Positions 35,486 to 47,335 of a DNA stretch of 64,000 nucleotides are shown here, in pieces. Position 1 is the first letter of the stretch, and each line of letters opens with the position of its first letter. The notes beneath the pieces were generated by a model. It saw nothing but the letters and a program-made list of their open reading frames with translations, searched no databases and had not been told where the DNA came from. The stretch spans positions 124,001 through 188,000 of the forward strand of contig OW569345.1 in assembly GCA_937625935.1 (NCBI GenBank), read 5' to 3'. Made by a program: the position numbers and the translations under genes. Source of the stretch: Tetramitus jugosus. Taxonomy: Eukaryota > Protista > Heterolobosea.

Positions 35486-37685
35486 TTACATGGAACCATT
35501 ATCATCAGACAAAAATGTTGTGAAGGGTGTCAAAAGCTGTTGGAATGTCTGCTGTCGTGGTTGTTGAAAGTGTTGGTTAGGTTGTTGGGGCTGGACAGAG
35601 TCACTGTAGTGATGGTTTGGTTGTTGCATCATTGTCAGTTGTTCCTGTTGCCTCATCACAAAATCTGTCAACATATTCACATCAAAACCAGTGAGGTAAT
35701 TAGGTCGTGGCTCAGGGTACACCATTGGTGGATAAAATACTGGTGCTGCGTCTGTGTTACCACCACTGCTACTAATACTGCTGCTGCTGCTATTATTTGG
35801 ATTGCTTGCGTTGTAATGAGAGTTTTCAAACATTGCCTGGTTGACCAATGAGAGTCTCATTGATGGCTCACGTTGTTGCTGCTGCTGCAGGACAGGAGGA
35901 TTGCCATATGATGATGCAGAGGAGGAGGAGGAGGGCGATGACAGCAAGGGTGGAGATGGTTGCTGATACATGACTGATTGTTGGTTTTGTACTACCGGAA
36001 CCGATGACAAGAATGGTTGTTGATGCTGCTGATGCTGTTGTTGTTGTTGTGGAGCTGAGATGGTAGAGTGATAGATTGTTGATGGCACGGCAGCTGGTTG
36101 AAGCTGATGAGAGTGGTTCGATGAATGATTCACTAGCTGGAAGGGCGATGCACCTACCAAGTTATTCAGGAGTGATGCTTGCTGTTGTTGTTGAATCTGA
36201 TTGAGAGGCTGATGATGAATGACAGAATGAGGTTGAGACAACGATTGAGTAGGTTGTTGTTGTTGTTGAAGAGATGATGAAGATGGAGGTGAATGAGACA
36301 ATGATGGTGATGGTAGTGGTAATGGCTGAGTGACCAAGGTTGTTTGTGGAGGAGAACCGCTTGTTGTTGTAATCATGGTCGTAGAGGGATGAACCAGTGG
36401 AACTGAACCACCAGTTACCTCTTCAAAGGCAACTGTTGTTGGATAGACGGCATTCCGTATGATCATTTTCGTGTCTGTCATATGATTATCATTATTGTAA
36501 TTCTCTTCTTGATTCATGGCATATGGATGGCTGCTTTGATCATTACTACTGTAACTACTCCGAGTGTTGTTCTGTGGAGGACTGCCGACAGCACCACTAT
36601 TGTTGTTGCTGTTCATACTGTAATAGATACGAGCAACTGGTTCCCCATTTGCTCTATTCACAAAACTATTGCTCGATGCAGTAACGGCCTCATGGTTATT
36701 GTGGGTTGTTGTCTTTGTGTGACTGACGCTACCCGTGTTGTTTTTCGTGATTCGATTAATCGTTTCACGGAATGATACCTTTTGTGATGAAGGAGGCCCC
36801 AAACCATGACCATTGTTGACCAACATTTTAGGTTTTGGTTTCCCGTCCAATCCTGCACTCATCATGAGTTCATACACGAGCTTGTCTGCCGATAGTCTCA
36901 TTGTTGTCTTGTGTTCAAACTGGTCAACAATCCAACCATCTTCCCAATAGTCCAACAACTCCAAATCTGACCAAACAAAACTCTGTTCAAAGTGACTCGA
37001 AATGCGAACAAATTGTAATTTTGAGCCCCAACGCAAGAGCATGCAGCTCTTGACGAGTCGAACCTTGGATTTGATGACCATTTGTGCAGATTCTTTGCCT
37101 TCTGATTGTAGATCCGATGTGGGCAGCATATCCATCATGCAACTCCTCTCCAGAACATGTCTGGGAATACCACTGGCCTTAATATAGGCCAAATTGGCTC
37201 CAATGCACTCAAATGTCTGTGAATTCCAAATGACAATCGGTCGCTTGAGATCTCCTGGTATATTGCGCCATAAATTAATGGAAAACTCGTTTGTTGTCGG
37301 TGCACGAACAGTCATCATAATGTTGGATCGATTGTCATTTCCAGATGCATTCAAGCACTCCATTTCCTCTACTCCTTCTTCTTCTTCATCATCACCATCA
37401 TGAACAACATGAACATCATTCTCTCTATAATCTTCCATTATTGATTCATTGACATGTTCGTACGAACGATGATTCATCTCATCATCATTATCATTATTAT
37501 TATCATTATTATTATCATAACTGTCATCACTGTCCAATTGCACATGATGATGACTCGTCTTGTTTGATTTTATGCGACGATGGTGGAACCGTTGTTTCAG
37601 TTCATTGTTCTGTGCACTCAATTGTTCAATTTTAGATTGTGCAATCCGTAGTTGTTCTTGCAAGAACTCTACACTCATATTATTC

Positions 37686-37722
<37 letters not shown>

Positions 37723-38251
37723 GATTCATACTTGTTGCATTTCCAACAGAAATGCTTATTGATGATTCATTGTTATTATTGTTATTGTTATTTACAATTA
37801 CTTCACTCTTGAGTGATAGAGGTGGTGGAGATGGAGTATTAGATGGTGTTTTTGTGTGATTTAGATGTTGTGGTGAAGAAGCATTCGTCAAAGAAGTAGA
37901 TCTTTTCTTATTGTTGCTGTTGTGATGGTGACTATGACTGCTACTACTGCTGCTTTCATACTCTCTGCATGTTCTGTTTCGGGAGATACAGTTGGCACAA
38001 GGTCTCTCCCCGTCGCACTTTGTGTGAGATTTTCGACAGTGATGACAACTTTTTTTCTTCTTGATTTTGTTGGTGCCGCCAGCAGAGGCGATCACACTGT
38101 TGGTTGAATGAATGAAAATGGTCGGTGTAAAGGTGGTTGTTTTTTTGTTACTTGTCTGATTATGTGTGTCGTCATTTGTTGTTACATCGTTGCCAATAAT
38201 TGGCGACGATGGAAGAGAGTTGTTGTTATTGTTGTCGTGACTTGTCAACAT
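35486..38251 (-). CDS. Zn(II)2Cys6 binuclear-cluster transcription factor with coiled coil, PAS-like central region and Q/P-rich tail
   Basis: CHHCRKSHTKCDGERPCANCISRNRTC matches CX2CX6CX5CX2CX6C. Confidence 0.88.
37688..37723. repeat. (TTG)12 microsatellite encoding poly-Gln; representative of many AAC/AAT/CAA tracts in coding regions and introns
   Basis: Perfect trinucleotide run; similar runs near 1047, 1290, 13551, 21904 and 29820. Confidence 0.9.
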
Positions 38252-38939
38252 TTTTTTTGGTTGGTTGGGAGAGGACTCTGCTGTGTCTGGAAAGTTTTTA
38301 CCTGGTAAGTTGAGTTGAAGTGTTCCAGTGGTGGTGAAATAATGATGGTTGATTTTGTAGCTCTCCAGAAAAAAAGGCGATTCGTAGCGGGGCTGGCACA
38401 GTATAATTCTCTCTGGAGACGTTTATATTGGAGTTGTTGTCTCGAGATATTTTGTTGTTGCTTGGGGGTGCGTACAAATTCGTTCGTTTCTCTCTGGTGC
38501 AGCCAAGGCTGGATTCGAGTGAGTGCAAAAGTTTTTTGGGTATTGTCATTGTTCGCCTTATTTCCCGACTCTTGATTGATGCGATGCATATCTGGAAATA
38601 AGTCACAAAACTGTGGCTGCAAAACTGCACAATTGGCGATGAACAGGCAACAAGAGACATCACCAACACCAGACAATGATAAATGCAGAAAGCTTTCTCT
38701 CCAGAAGGAAAATACAACTGCTCAATTCTTATGGATTGGAGTTCTCGCACTGTGCTCATCATACCCACCCCATCAATAACAAACAATCCATCTCGTAATT
38801 GAACGCTCACACGAGGAGAAATCTGCTTTTCGCCGATTTGAATTTTTTTTGCCAATTTTTTTTTGCAATCAACAAAACAACAATCACACTTGTGATCAAC
38901 AGAGAGTAGCCGTAGCATCATCAGTACACAACAAGAATC

Positions 38940-40715
38940 ATGACCAAAGTCAAACAATGTCTCTACGAAGTTCTCGGCGTCGAACAAACAGCCAGCACTG
39001 ATGACATTAAACGAGCTTACAAGAAACTTGCCTTCAAATGGCATCCCGACAGAAACAACAACTCTGAGGAGAGTACTGACATGTTTCACGCACTTCAGAA
39101 CGCGTATGAAATCTTGACTGATGACCAAGAACGTTCATGGTACGATGATAATCGGGCGAGTATTCTCCGATCGACTTCATCCAATTACAAGAGCTTTGAT
39201 ATTGATGAAGCAGCGACTTTTATCAATATTTTTGAGTATTTTGGAAGTGGATGCTATGATTCGAATTTTGATGAGAAGAAAAAACCCAATTTCTACAGTG
39301 TGTACAACTATGTGTTTGAAAAGTTGGCTGAAGAAGAGTTGGAGTTTTCCAAGACATCGACCCCTACTTCGTCGTCGGCGTCCAAGAATGCCAAGAACAA
39401 CAATACGAGTGAAGATTACTATTTCAATAATCAGAGATTCCCAAAGTTTGGTGGTTCGAATTTTGATGCTCAAAAAGTGATTCGTTTCTATACGATTTGG
39501 GGCAAGTTTAACACGAAGAAGACGTTTGGATGGGTGTCTCAGTACAATGTGAACGATGCTACGAATAGACGAGAGAGACGATATGTCGAACAGGAGAATG
39601 AACGAATTCGGAACGAGGCCAAACGAAAATTCAATGACAATATTCGTGAGTTGATGCTGTTTTTGAAGAAGCGCGATCCTCGATGGATCCATATTCAACA
39701 GGAAAAGTTGAGAGAGGAGGAGGAGAAGAAGAGAGCAAGGAAACAAAAGGAGGAAGAGGAGGAAGAGATTCGAAAGGAGATGGAACGGTTGAAGCAAGAA
39801 GAGTTGAAGCGAAGGCAACAAAAATTGCTCGAAGAGGAAAGTGACTATGATGAAGAGGATGACGAAGAGTACGACGATGAAGATGGCTCCGAGGAGGAAG
39901 AGGAAGATGAGCTCGAGGCATATTATGCTGCCACCGCAAAGAAACAAAAGAAGAAAAAGTTTGAATCGGATGATGAGAGCGAAGAGGAGCAGGTAGTTGA
40001 TCAACAAGTGGACGAAGAGAACGAGCAAGTTGCCTCCGATGCAGAAGAGGATCAAGAGGAGGAAGATGAACAAGATGAGATCGATGAGATTGAGCAATTT
40101 GATCAAAAGGTCCAAGAGCAGCTCGATATCAATGATTCTAAAGAGTTGGAGTCAGAGGATGAAGATGAAATCTTAAAGAAGCTACAGAAGAAGCTAAGTA
40201 AGAAGAACAAAAAGAAGAAGGGAGTATTCTCTTTGGAGGAAAATTTAAGAGATGAAGAGGAACAAGTTTCCATTAATCAACATGTTTCATCTGATGACGA
40301 GGAACCAGCCGTGACTTCCAAGCGGAACAACAAGAAAGTAAGAGCCAAGCAAGCAAAACAGCAGAAACAACAACCTCCAAAGGAGGAGGTGCTAGAAGAA
40401 GCTGAGCCAGCCAACCAAACTACGCCTGCAGATGAAGATTGGGATGATGAAGAACAAGCTAACAAACGCAACAAGAAGAATAAGAAAAAGGGATCAAAGA
40501 AAGACAAGACGCCTGTGCCTTCAACAGAAGACAGTGACACAATCTTAAAGTGCAATGTTTGTGGAGAGTCATTCACTTCCAAGAACAAACTGTTTCTACA
40601 TGTGAAGGAGAAGGGTCATGCGATTGCTGTTCGGCTCAGTGCCGAAGAAGCGAAGCAAATTCTAGAGAAGGAATCGAAAAAGGGAGGTAAGAAGAAGAAA
40701 AAGGGCAAGAACTAA
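38940..40715 (+). CDS. DNAJC21: DnaJ homolog subfamily C member 21 (Jjj1-like)
   Basis: J-domain with [33 protein letters not shown]-terminal C2H2 [23 protein letters not shown]. Confidence 0.9.
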   Translation: MTKVKQCLYEVLGVEQTASTDDIKRAYKKLAFKWHPDRNNNSEESTDMFHALQNAYEILTDDQERSWYDDNRASILRSTSSNYKSFDIDEAATFINIFEYFGSGCYDSNFDEKKKPNFYSVYNYVFEKLAEEELEFSKTSTPTSSSASKNAKNNNTSEDYYFNNQRFPKFGGSNFDAQKVIRFYTIWGKFNTKKTFGWVSQYNVNDATNRRERRYVEQENERIRNEAKRKFNDNIRELMLFLKKRDPRWIHIQQEKLREEEEKKRARKQKEEEEEEIRKEMERLKQEELKRRQQKLLEEESDYDEEDDEEYDDEDGSEEEEEDELEAYYAATAKKQKKKKFESDDESEEEQVVDQQVDEENEQVASDAEEDQEEEDEQDEIDEIEQFDQKVQEQLDINDSKELESEDEDEILKKLQKKLSKKNKKKKGVFSLEENLRDEEEQVSINQHVSSDDEEPAVTSKRNNKKVRAKQAKQQKQQPPKEEVLEEAEPANQTTPADEDWDDEEQANKRNKKNKKKGSKKDKTPVPSTEDSDTILKCNVCGESFTSKNKLFLHVKEKGHAIAVRLSAEEAKQILEKESKKGGKKKKKGKN

Positions 40716-40832
40716 TCTAATCCAATCTCATAAAATCATCCCTCCCTGACAATATAACACGCGATCAAAAAAACAAAATCGCGCTCAAAAAACATTTCCC
40801 CGCAAAGATCACAAAAAAATTCGATAAAAAAA

Positions 40833-41920
40833 ATGTCAACAACAGCGACTGCAACTTCACAACAACAACAACAATTATCAGACAGAGAAGCTCAAATCTA
40901 TGATCGACAAATTAGACTGTGGGGAGTCGAATCTCAACAACGCATCTCCAAATCCAGTGTTCTCATCTATGGTGTCAATGGTCTAGCCGCTGAAATTGCA
41001 AAAAACATTGTTTTGGCAGGTGTTGGGTCTGTTCATCTCATGGACAATCAAACTGTGGATTATCCTCTGTTGGGCACCAACTTTCTCATCCATGAAAATC
41101 ACTTGAATCACAATAGGGCACTTGCCAGTGTACAAAATTTGCAAGAATTGAATCCGTTGGTCAAGGTGAGTGCAGAAGAAGCTTCCATTGAAGAAAAACT
41201 GTCCAATGATGCGTTTTGGTCACGGTTCAGCATTGTGTTTCTGTGCAATGTCAAATTGAGTGAGCAAATCAAGGTGAATGACATTTGTCGCCGTAGAAAC
41301 ATTTTGTTTTTTAGTGCAGAGACGTTTGGATTGTTGGCCACCATGTTTCAAGACGCGATTTCATTTGATTATCATGTCAAGAATCCAACAACCAAGGAAA
41401 CAAAGTCATTTCACAAGGATTACATATCGTTGAGTGAAGCTCTATCGACCAACTTGTCAAGTGTGAATCGATTGAGCAAGACTTGGATTGGCGTACAATG
41501 TAAGTGTGTTTGTGTTTGCTTTGTTTTTGGCCTATATGTGTGTCTTTTATGATTTTTCTAATCTTATTGTGTTTGTGTGATCCATCATTCATTGGAACTA
41601 AAGGTCTAAAAGAGTACATGAATGACAAGAATGAGAAACCAACACCAAGTGATACTGCTACATTCACAGAGTACAAGAATACTGTATTTTTACCAAAGTA
41701 CAATCTGTCATCGAATCAACTGCCTGATTCATTTGTGCAAGTTCTGTGTCAACATGCAGGTGCAGAGCTGAGTGCCATTTGTGCTCAAGTCGGAGGTATC
41801 GCTGCTCAAGAAATCATAAAGGTTATCAGTAGAGATGCCGAACCGATTGACAACTATTTTGTGTATGATGGAGTGGAGAACTTTATTGGCTTCGTTGAGA
41901 GAATCTATCCAAAAAAGTAA
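40833..41920 (+). CDS. SAE1: SUMO-activating enzyme subunit 1 (Aos1); exons 40833-41499, 41604-41920
   Basis: YDRQIRLWG, AEIAKNIVLAGV, LQELNPLV, VGGIAAQEIIK; GTAAGT...AAG intron in phase. Confidence 0.9.
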
Positions 41921-42035
41921 AATCTCAAACTGTTGTTGTGCAACAACTCGCATGACACACTTTATACTTTACATTGAATTATTTTTCATTGCATCCGTCC
42001 GTCGTTACTATTTTTTGTTTGTTAATATTATACTA

Positions 42036-42962
42036 TTATTTAATGTACTTGTCCATGAACTTTCGATGAAAATCGCTTCGGATCGTATCGTTAATAAATC
42101 GCTTTTTCGTCTTTGGTTCATCTCTCGCCTGATTCTTGAAAACAGTGTCATCATTCCACTTTCTCTTTAGTGCATAGGACGACACAACAGACGATGAACT
42201 ACTCACTACACTCCGTGTATCATCAAACTCTTCATCATCTTCATCTTCACCACCATTCGTATCATTCTTGCCCATCATTGGTTTCAACAATGGATTACTG
42301 GTCAACACTTGTCTCATTTTTTCTCGTTCCAATTGTTGTTGCTCCTCTTGCATCCGGCGCAAATTTTCTTCTTCTCTTTCTCTTCGAAGTTTGACCAATT
42401 CTCTCTCTAATTCTGCATCACTGTCACTATCATCATCATCATCGTCATCATCATCATCATCACTGTCATTCTCACTTGCATCACCACTATGATTCTTCTG
42501 TTTCTTTTTTTGTGCAGTAGTACCATCTTCTTCATCATCATCACTCGAATCCACCAATAGTTGATCATCAGCATCCGGATCCCATTTCTCTAGACTAGGT
42601 TGTCCATTTTCCATTGTAATCTTCAAACGTTGACCATCATCCTTTTCATCCAAAATGGTCAACATTTGTGATTCATCATCAATCTTTTGATTATTCTTAT
42701 CATTTGTTCCTATTCGCCTTAAAGACGACGACGACGACGAATCCAATCGAATATTACCCCGTTGTTCTCTCTCTTCCAACTCTCTCCTAAAATCCTTGGC
42801 GGACATTTCTTCAAATGTATTTTGACCTGTTTGACGAGTTTTGAGAGTGAGATGGGCGGGAAGGGCTTTAGAAGAGACGGATGTAGTAGCGATCCATCGC
42901 TTGTATCCTCCTTGATTCTCATTGGCCTTGGCCGCAAAGTATGTGGGTCTGTGCGCTGACAT
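42036..42962 (-). CDS. CWC15: Spliceosome-associated protein CWC15
   Basis: MSAHRPTY, LPAHLTLKTRQTGQ, KRKWNDDTVFKNQAR, FINDTIRSDFHRKFMDKYIK. Confidence 0.94.
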   Translation of the reverse strand: MSAHRPTYFAAKANENQGGYKRWIATTSVSSKALPAHLTLKTRQTGQNTFEEMSAKDFRRELEEREQRGNIRLDSSSSSSLRRIGTNDKNNQKIDDESQMLTILDEKDDGQRLKITMENGQPSLEKWDPDADDQLLVDSSDDDEEDGTTAQKKKQKNHSGDASENDSDDDDDDDDDDDSDSDAELERELVKLRREREEENLRRMQEEQQQLEREKMRQVLTSNPLLKPMMGKNDTNGGEDEDDEEFDDTRSVVSSSSSVVSSYALKRKWNDDTVFKNQARDEPKTKKRFINDTIRSDFHRKFMDKYIK

Positions 42963-43559
42963 TGATGATTTCGCTTCTTGTGCGTCGTTTCTGCGTTGTT
43001 CGGTTTTTTGGTTGAAGTTTTTAGGCGGAGGAGGAGTTTCCTTTCGCAAATTCTTCGGAGAAAAATGGAATACTGGCTTTGGGTCTGGCGATGCCTGATC
43101 TCCTCATAAGGTGTTTCCACGACAGATTCCCATCATGCTTGAAAGAATATACGATTCGTGTCGAGTGCATCAGATGGATACCTTTGGAGTGTTGATGGGA
43201 TGCCGTCTGCAACAGAGGAACAACACTGTTCCCTTCTCTACATACCTGAATAGAAGTTGTTTTTTATCCTTGGGTAAGAGATAGGAGAGCGATCCATCAA
43301 ACAATCTTCCTTCTCATAGGAAAGCACACCAAATGTTATTGTCCTTAAATGGTATCCAAAATCAGATGATTCCACATAAGGTGTCGGATCATGGGGTGTT
43401 TAAAAGCTGACATTAGAGTAATACATTTGAGAATTATTTATGGGCAGAGTGTCTTGCCCAATGACCTATATAAGTGAGTTACAGAGTTTCATTTTCCCAA
43501 GATCTCCAACACCCAGACACAAGAAAACAACCTAAACCAGAGCTTAAGTATCGAATAAT

Positions 43560-44381
43560 ATGACTTCAACTGCCACTACCCTGCCAACGATTCTCTCGGA
43601 CAGTTCCGCGACGATAGCTGCGGACAACAACAAGATCAAGAGGAAAAGAAATGTTCTACTTGATGAAGAATCTGAACGATTACTTCAACAACAGGAAAGA
43701 GAGGAGTTCCACAAGGTAATTGAGGAACAATACTCCCATGTAAATATTAAAGAGCTAGGTACCCTTCCAGAGTGCGCTGGTGTGAGGGATATGCATCTGA
43801 TTAACGACGGATCCTGGGGTTACTGGATGTCAGTCATGTTGCAGTATCAAACACTGAGATCCTACACTCACTACTCTACAGATGAGGACAATCAACAAAA
43901 ACAACTAGAATGGCAAAAGACTATGAGATTCCAATTGATGCAAAAGAAGAGAGCAATCAAGAGAGAGAAGAGGAAGGTTTTGAAGCTCCAGAAACAATTG
44001 AACCCAAGAAACAAGAGCCGCGTGAACAACACAAAAGAAACAAAGAGACCGAGGTGTAGTAACGAAAAGGAAGGCCAATCCGGCAAAAGAACCAAGTTTG
44101 ACGAAGAAGAAGAGTACTCATACAGTTCAGATTCAGATTCCTGTTACTCTGACGAGACAGAAGATTCAATCGAAACAAGTAAGGGTTCAGCTAAAACTTG
44201 TTGTCAACAGAGCCTTCAAATAGATCCTTTGTCCCATCACAATTTTGTGGGTAGCTCTGACCTAGAACCAAGCTTCCTGGATTTCTCTTTCGGAACGCCC
44301 ATGGACTTTATACTGCACTCTCCATTCCCAATGTCCACTCCTTCCAGAAGTCATTCTTTCGATAGCAAAGTGTTTTCTTAG
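43560..44381 (+). CDS. Hypothetical protein (273 aa), basic/NLS-rich
   Basis: Intact ORF with ATG and TATA-like CTATATAAG about 90 nt upstream; no recognised domain. Confidence 0.6.
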   Translation: MTSTATTLPTILSDSSATIAADNNKIKRKRNVLLDEESERLLQQQEREEFHKVIEEQYSHVNIKELGTLPECAGVRDMHLINDGSWGYWMSVMLQYQTLRSYTHYSTDEDNQQKQLEWQKTMRFQLMQKKRAIKREKRKVLKLQKQLNPRNKSRVNNTKETKRPRCSNEKEGQSGKRTKFDEEEEYSYSSDSDSCYSDETEDSIETSKGSAKTCCQQSLQIDPLSHHNFVGSSDLEPSFLDFSFGTPMDFILHSPFPMSTPSRSHSFDSKVFS

Positions 44382-44492
44382 AAAATAACGCCAGACCCAA
44401 CTCCTTCCCAGGGAAACAGTAGGTTAGCATTATTGTAGAAGACACCCTTCCACATGTTATTTTTCCATCTAAGTAGTTGTAAATAAATAGTT

Positions 44493-45257
44493 TTATTGAG
44501 TAGTAGTTGAATTGTTTTTTCGATAGGAGTCAACTAAACAATGAACAAAGTATTGGGAAAGAGTTGATCGATGCCTAAAGGTTGCAAGATTCCTTGGAGA
44601 TAGAAATCGCTTCTTGATCCTGACATTCTCTGGTAGTTCTTTTTGTTCTTCGTTGGCAAGTTGGAGTTGCTTCAACCACAACAGTATATCATCAACGACT
44701 GGTTTCCTTCTCTTACTCATTTTCTTCATCTGATTCCATCGATAAACAACCTCGGATTCCAAGATATTGTTCATGTGGGGTGATACATTCAAAATTGTAT
44801 CTGAACTCGGAGCATGGTTCTTGTCTGTCAATCGAAGTGACCCTCTCTTCAAGATGACGATCGAGGGTAAATTCATCCCATAGAGGTAGCCCGTTCTCTG
44901 TACTATTGGATTCCTGAACAATTTAGAGAGGGAACACTCAGCGTCGACATGAACACCATAGTCTAGTTTCCAATCGGGGGATGCGTCGCTGTCCAATTGT
45001 GCAGTAATGCCAACAACAACTGCATTTAATTCTTTGTGGATTCGCTCAAGGCTAGTATTCCATTCTCTCATGAACTGTTTGCATGACGGAGACCATACTC
45101 CTCTGAACCAAACAAGGATGAGATACTGATACTGAGTGCCCATTTTGCTCATGAGTTTATTCAACCATATTATTTGATCACAGTCGAGATTATTGTACAG
45201 ATACTCAATGTCAAAATCTTCTGATATAGACTGCTCGGTATGAGGAGAGTGATTCAT
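44493..45257 (-). CDS. Thioredoxin-fold AhpC/TSA (redoxin)-like protein
   Basis: ILVWFRGVWSPSC resembles the F.RG.WCP.C motif; AVVVGITAQ, VDAECSLSKLF. Confidence 0.6.
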   Translation of the reverse strand: MNHSPHTEQSISEDFDIEYLYNNLDCDQIIWLNKLMSKMGTQYQYLILVWFRGVWSPSCKQFMREWNTSLERIHKELNAVVVGITAQLDSDASPDWKLDYGVHVDAECSLSKLFRNPIVQRTGYLYGMNLPSIVILKRGSLRLTDKNHAPSSDTILNVSPHMNNILESEVVYRWNQMKKMSKRRKPVVDDILLWLKQLQLANEEQKELPENVRIKKRFLSPRNLATFRHRSTLSQYFVHCLVDSYRKNNSTTTQ

Positions 45258-45432
45258 TTTTTACTAATTTGAAGTTGTTGTTTCTTGATACAGAATCTCC
45301 TGAATGTTGGTATTATTTTATCGGATGGAGAATTTAGTGCTGAAAAATAAATTTTTGGAGGAGATCGAATGGTCCCGAAAAAAGATCGGCATTGCAGTTT
45401 TCCATTTCAACTTATTGCATTGGTTGTATAGT

Positions 45433-47156
45433 TTATTCCTTTGACTGGTAGTTTGCTGCCAAGTTCAGACAGTTAGAAACGTCGAGTCCTTCTAACTTGT
45501 CACATTGAATCGAAGGAGAGTGCAAGGAGAGACATCCAGACAGATCCAAGCTGGAAAGTTTCTTGTGTCTTATCCTAGGATTCACAATGTTATCGCACAT
45601 TCTTGCTCTCAGTATCTGAAGACCAAAACAATTGTTCAGTACATGTTCAATGCAGTGGTCAGACACTAGAGTCCAATCCACGATCAACTCCTCCAAGTCA
45701 CTGTTAGGTTTCCCAAAGTGAATCGATTCCAACTTGAGACACAAACTCAAGTTCAGGTTCTTGAGAGGTGAGCCATGGACATAAGAACTAGAGAACACAT
45801 TACGAGAGGGAATGTGAGGAATGACTACTCGTCTCAGATTGTTACACCCTACACACTCGAGGGATTCTAGATTTGGTAAGGTCTTCAGCAAATTTTCCAA
45901 GGAATGAACACTAATATTCGTGTTGCTCAACACGAGACTCTTGATGTTATGTCCAATGTTGTTCTCGAGCTCTACAGATTCCAATCTTGAGCAACGATCC
46001 AGACTCAATTTCTCAATCCGAGTCCTTGGATTCTCAATTCTCAAGTGATTTACCTCGTGACAATAATCCAATCTTAGCTCCCTTAAACACTCAAAATTGG
46101 TCGATTCGAACAATTGATACAATGACTCATCATTGATACAACTGCGACTCAAATTCAAGTGCTGAACACGGTTCCACTCTTGCTGGAATAGTACTCGGCT
46201 CAAGTTGAAACATCTGTTGATGGAACAGCGAACCAATTGATTCATACATGGAACAGTCAACTCTCGAATATCCATTCGATCAATCGACAATTCTTCACAT
46301 GTGAATCGGCTCTTGTTCAATAAACGAATCAAGAATGTTTGTTCGTAGAGACCTTCGCTAGATGAAGAGTCATTCACCTGATCTTTAGTGTCGATCAATG
46401 CCGACTGATCTTTCATATTCATTCTCCTTCGATGCTGATTCCACTTGTCCCTTCTCATATTCATTCTCATTCTTGTTGTAGTGGGTCTTGTCATTGAGGT
46501 TCTTTGAGCAATTGCCGCCAACTCATCATGACTAGCAGCAGGTATACTTGACGATATCTCTAGAGCTTGTCCCTTCTGTTCCGCAGCAGTCAAACAACCA
46601 TGCACTTCAATTCTTTTCAACATTAGTATAGTTTCTTCGTCGTGGTCATCTTCATCACCACTCCAACTTCTCTCAAGTCATTCAACCGTAGTTCAACCAG
46701 CTTTTTCAATTGAAAAACTAGTGTCAACTGTGTTACTTGATTCAAATGAACCAGTGTCAAGCTCTGCAAATGACCATTGTTTTTCACAATGTTTCTCAAA
46801 CTGTCATTGTCAAACGAGTCACAGAACGATACATGAACATGTTTCAATCGATTCAATCGTTCTGTTCTGAACAATCGATCAAGTCTCTTTGGTTCATTGG
46901 CCTTGTCATCCTTGTTGTCACAGTTCTTGATCATTTTCATAATACTTGTTGTTGGTGAGCAATTGTGAACTTGCACCAAATTTTCATTGTAGAGCTGCAA
47001 ATTTTGTATGGATTGATACACGTGTGAATGCATGGATGAATCAACGAAAATCAGTGATTGTAGCAAATGGAGTAGTGGGATGAATGGGAGAATGCCATCA
47101 GACCATAACTCAGGGGGAAGAATATGGGACGTCGATTTGTGTGGATGGTTAGTCAT
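45433..47156 (-). pseudogene. F-box / LRR protein interrupted by a frameshift near 46623-46670 (pseudogene or sequence error)
   Basis: Upstream ORF has F-box-like ILPPELWSDGILPF plus LRRs; the downstream ORF continues Cys-containing LRRs in another frame; no plausible intron at the junction. Confidence 0.65.
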
Positions 47157-47213
47157 GTTTTGCTTTTTGGATGCTTTTTGTATTGAATACAAAAAAGAAA
47201 ATCGACAAAAGTA

Positions 47214-47286
47214 TGCCGAAAGCGTGGATCGAACACGCGACCTTAAGATCTTCAGTCTCACGCTCTCCCAACTGAGCTATTTCGGC
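47214..47286 (-). tRNA. tRNA-Phe (anticodon GAA)
   Basis: Reverse complement GCCGAAATAGCTCAGTTGGGAGAGCGTGAGACTGAAGATCTTAAGGTCGCGTGTTCGATCCACGCTTTCGGCA folds as a cloverleaf; T4 terminator at 47207-47210. Confidence 0.97.
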
Positions 47287-47325
47287 GATATATTTATAGA
47301 ACTATTAATAAATTAATCGCCGATC

Positions 47326-47335
47326 AATGATGGTG
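47326..47335 (+). repeat. Target-site duplication AATGATGGTG (partner 48259-48268)
   Basis: Exact direct repeat on both sides of the element; 8 bp unambiguous, 10 bp if two tail As are counted. Confidence 0.85.

Noticed and set aside
39177-40115. Long antisense ORFs (also 21136-21759, 52568-53332, 58728-59339, 59814-60635)
   Set aside because: Antisense or alternate-frame shadows of real genes, caused by low-complexity codon usage.
23048-41920. ATG7 and SAE1 (two E1-like genes) plus F-box genes as a ubiquitin-like pathway cluster
   Set aside because: Separated by unrelated housekeeping genes; expected by chance in a compact eukaryotic genome.
43021-43400. Possible minus-strand spliced gene (GTATGT...TGCAG, 39 nt)
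   Set aside because: No start codon gives a convincing ORF; frames are closed by stops.
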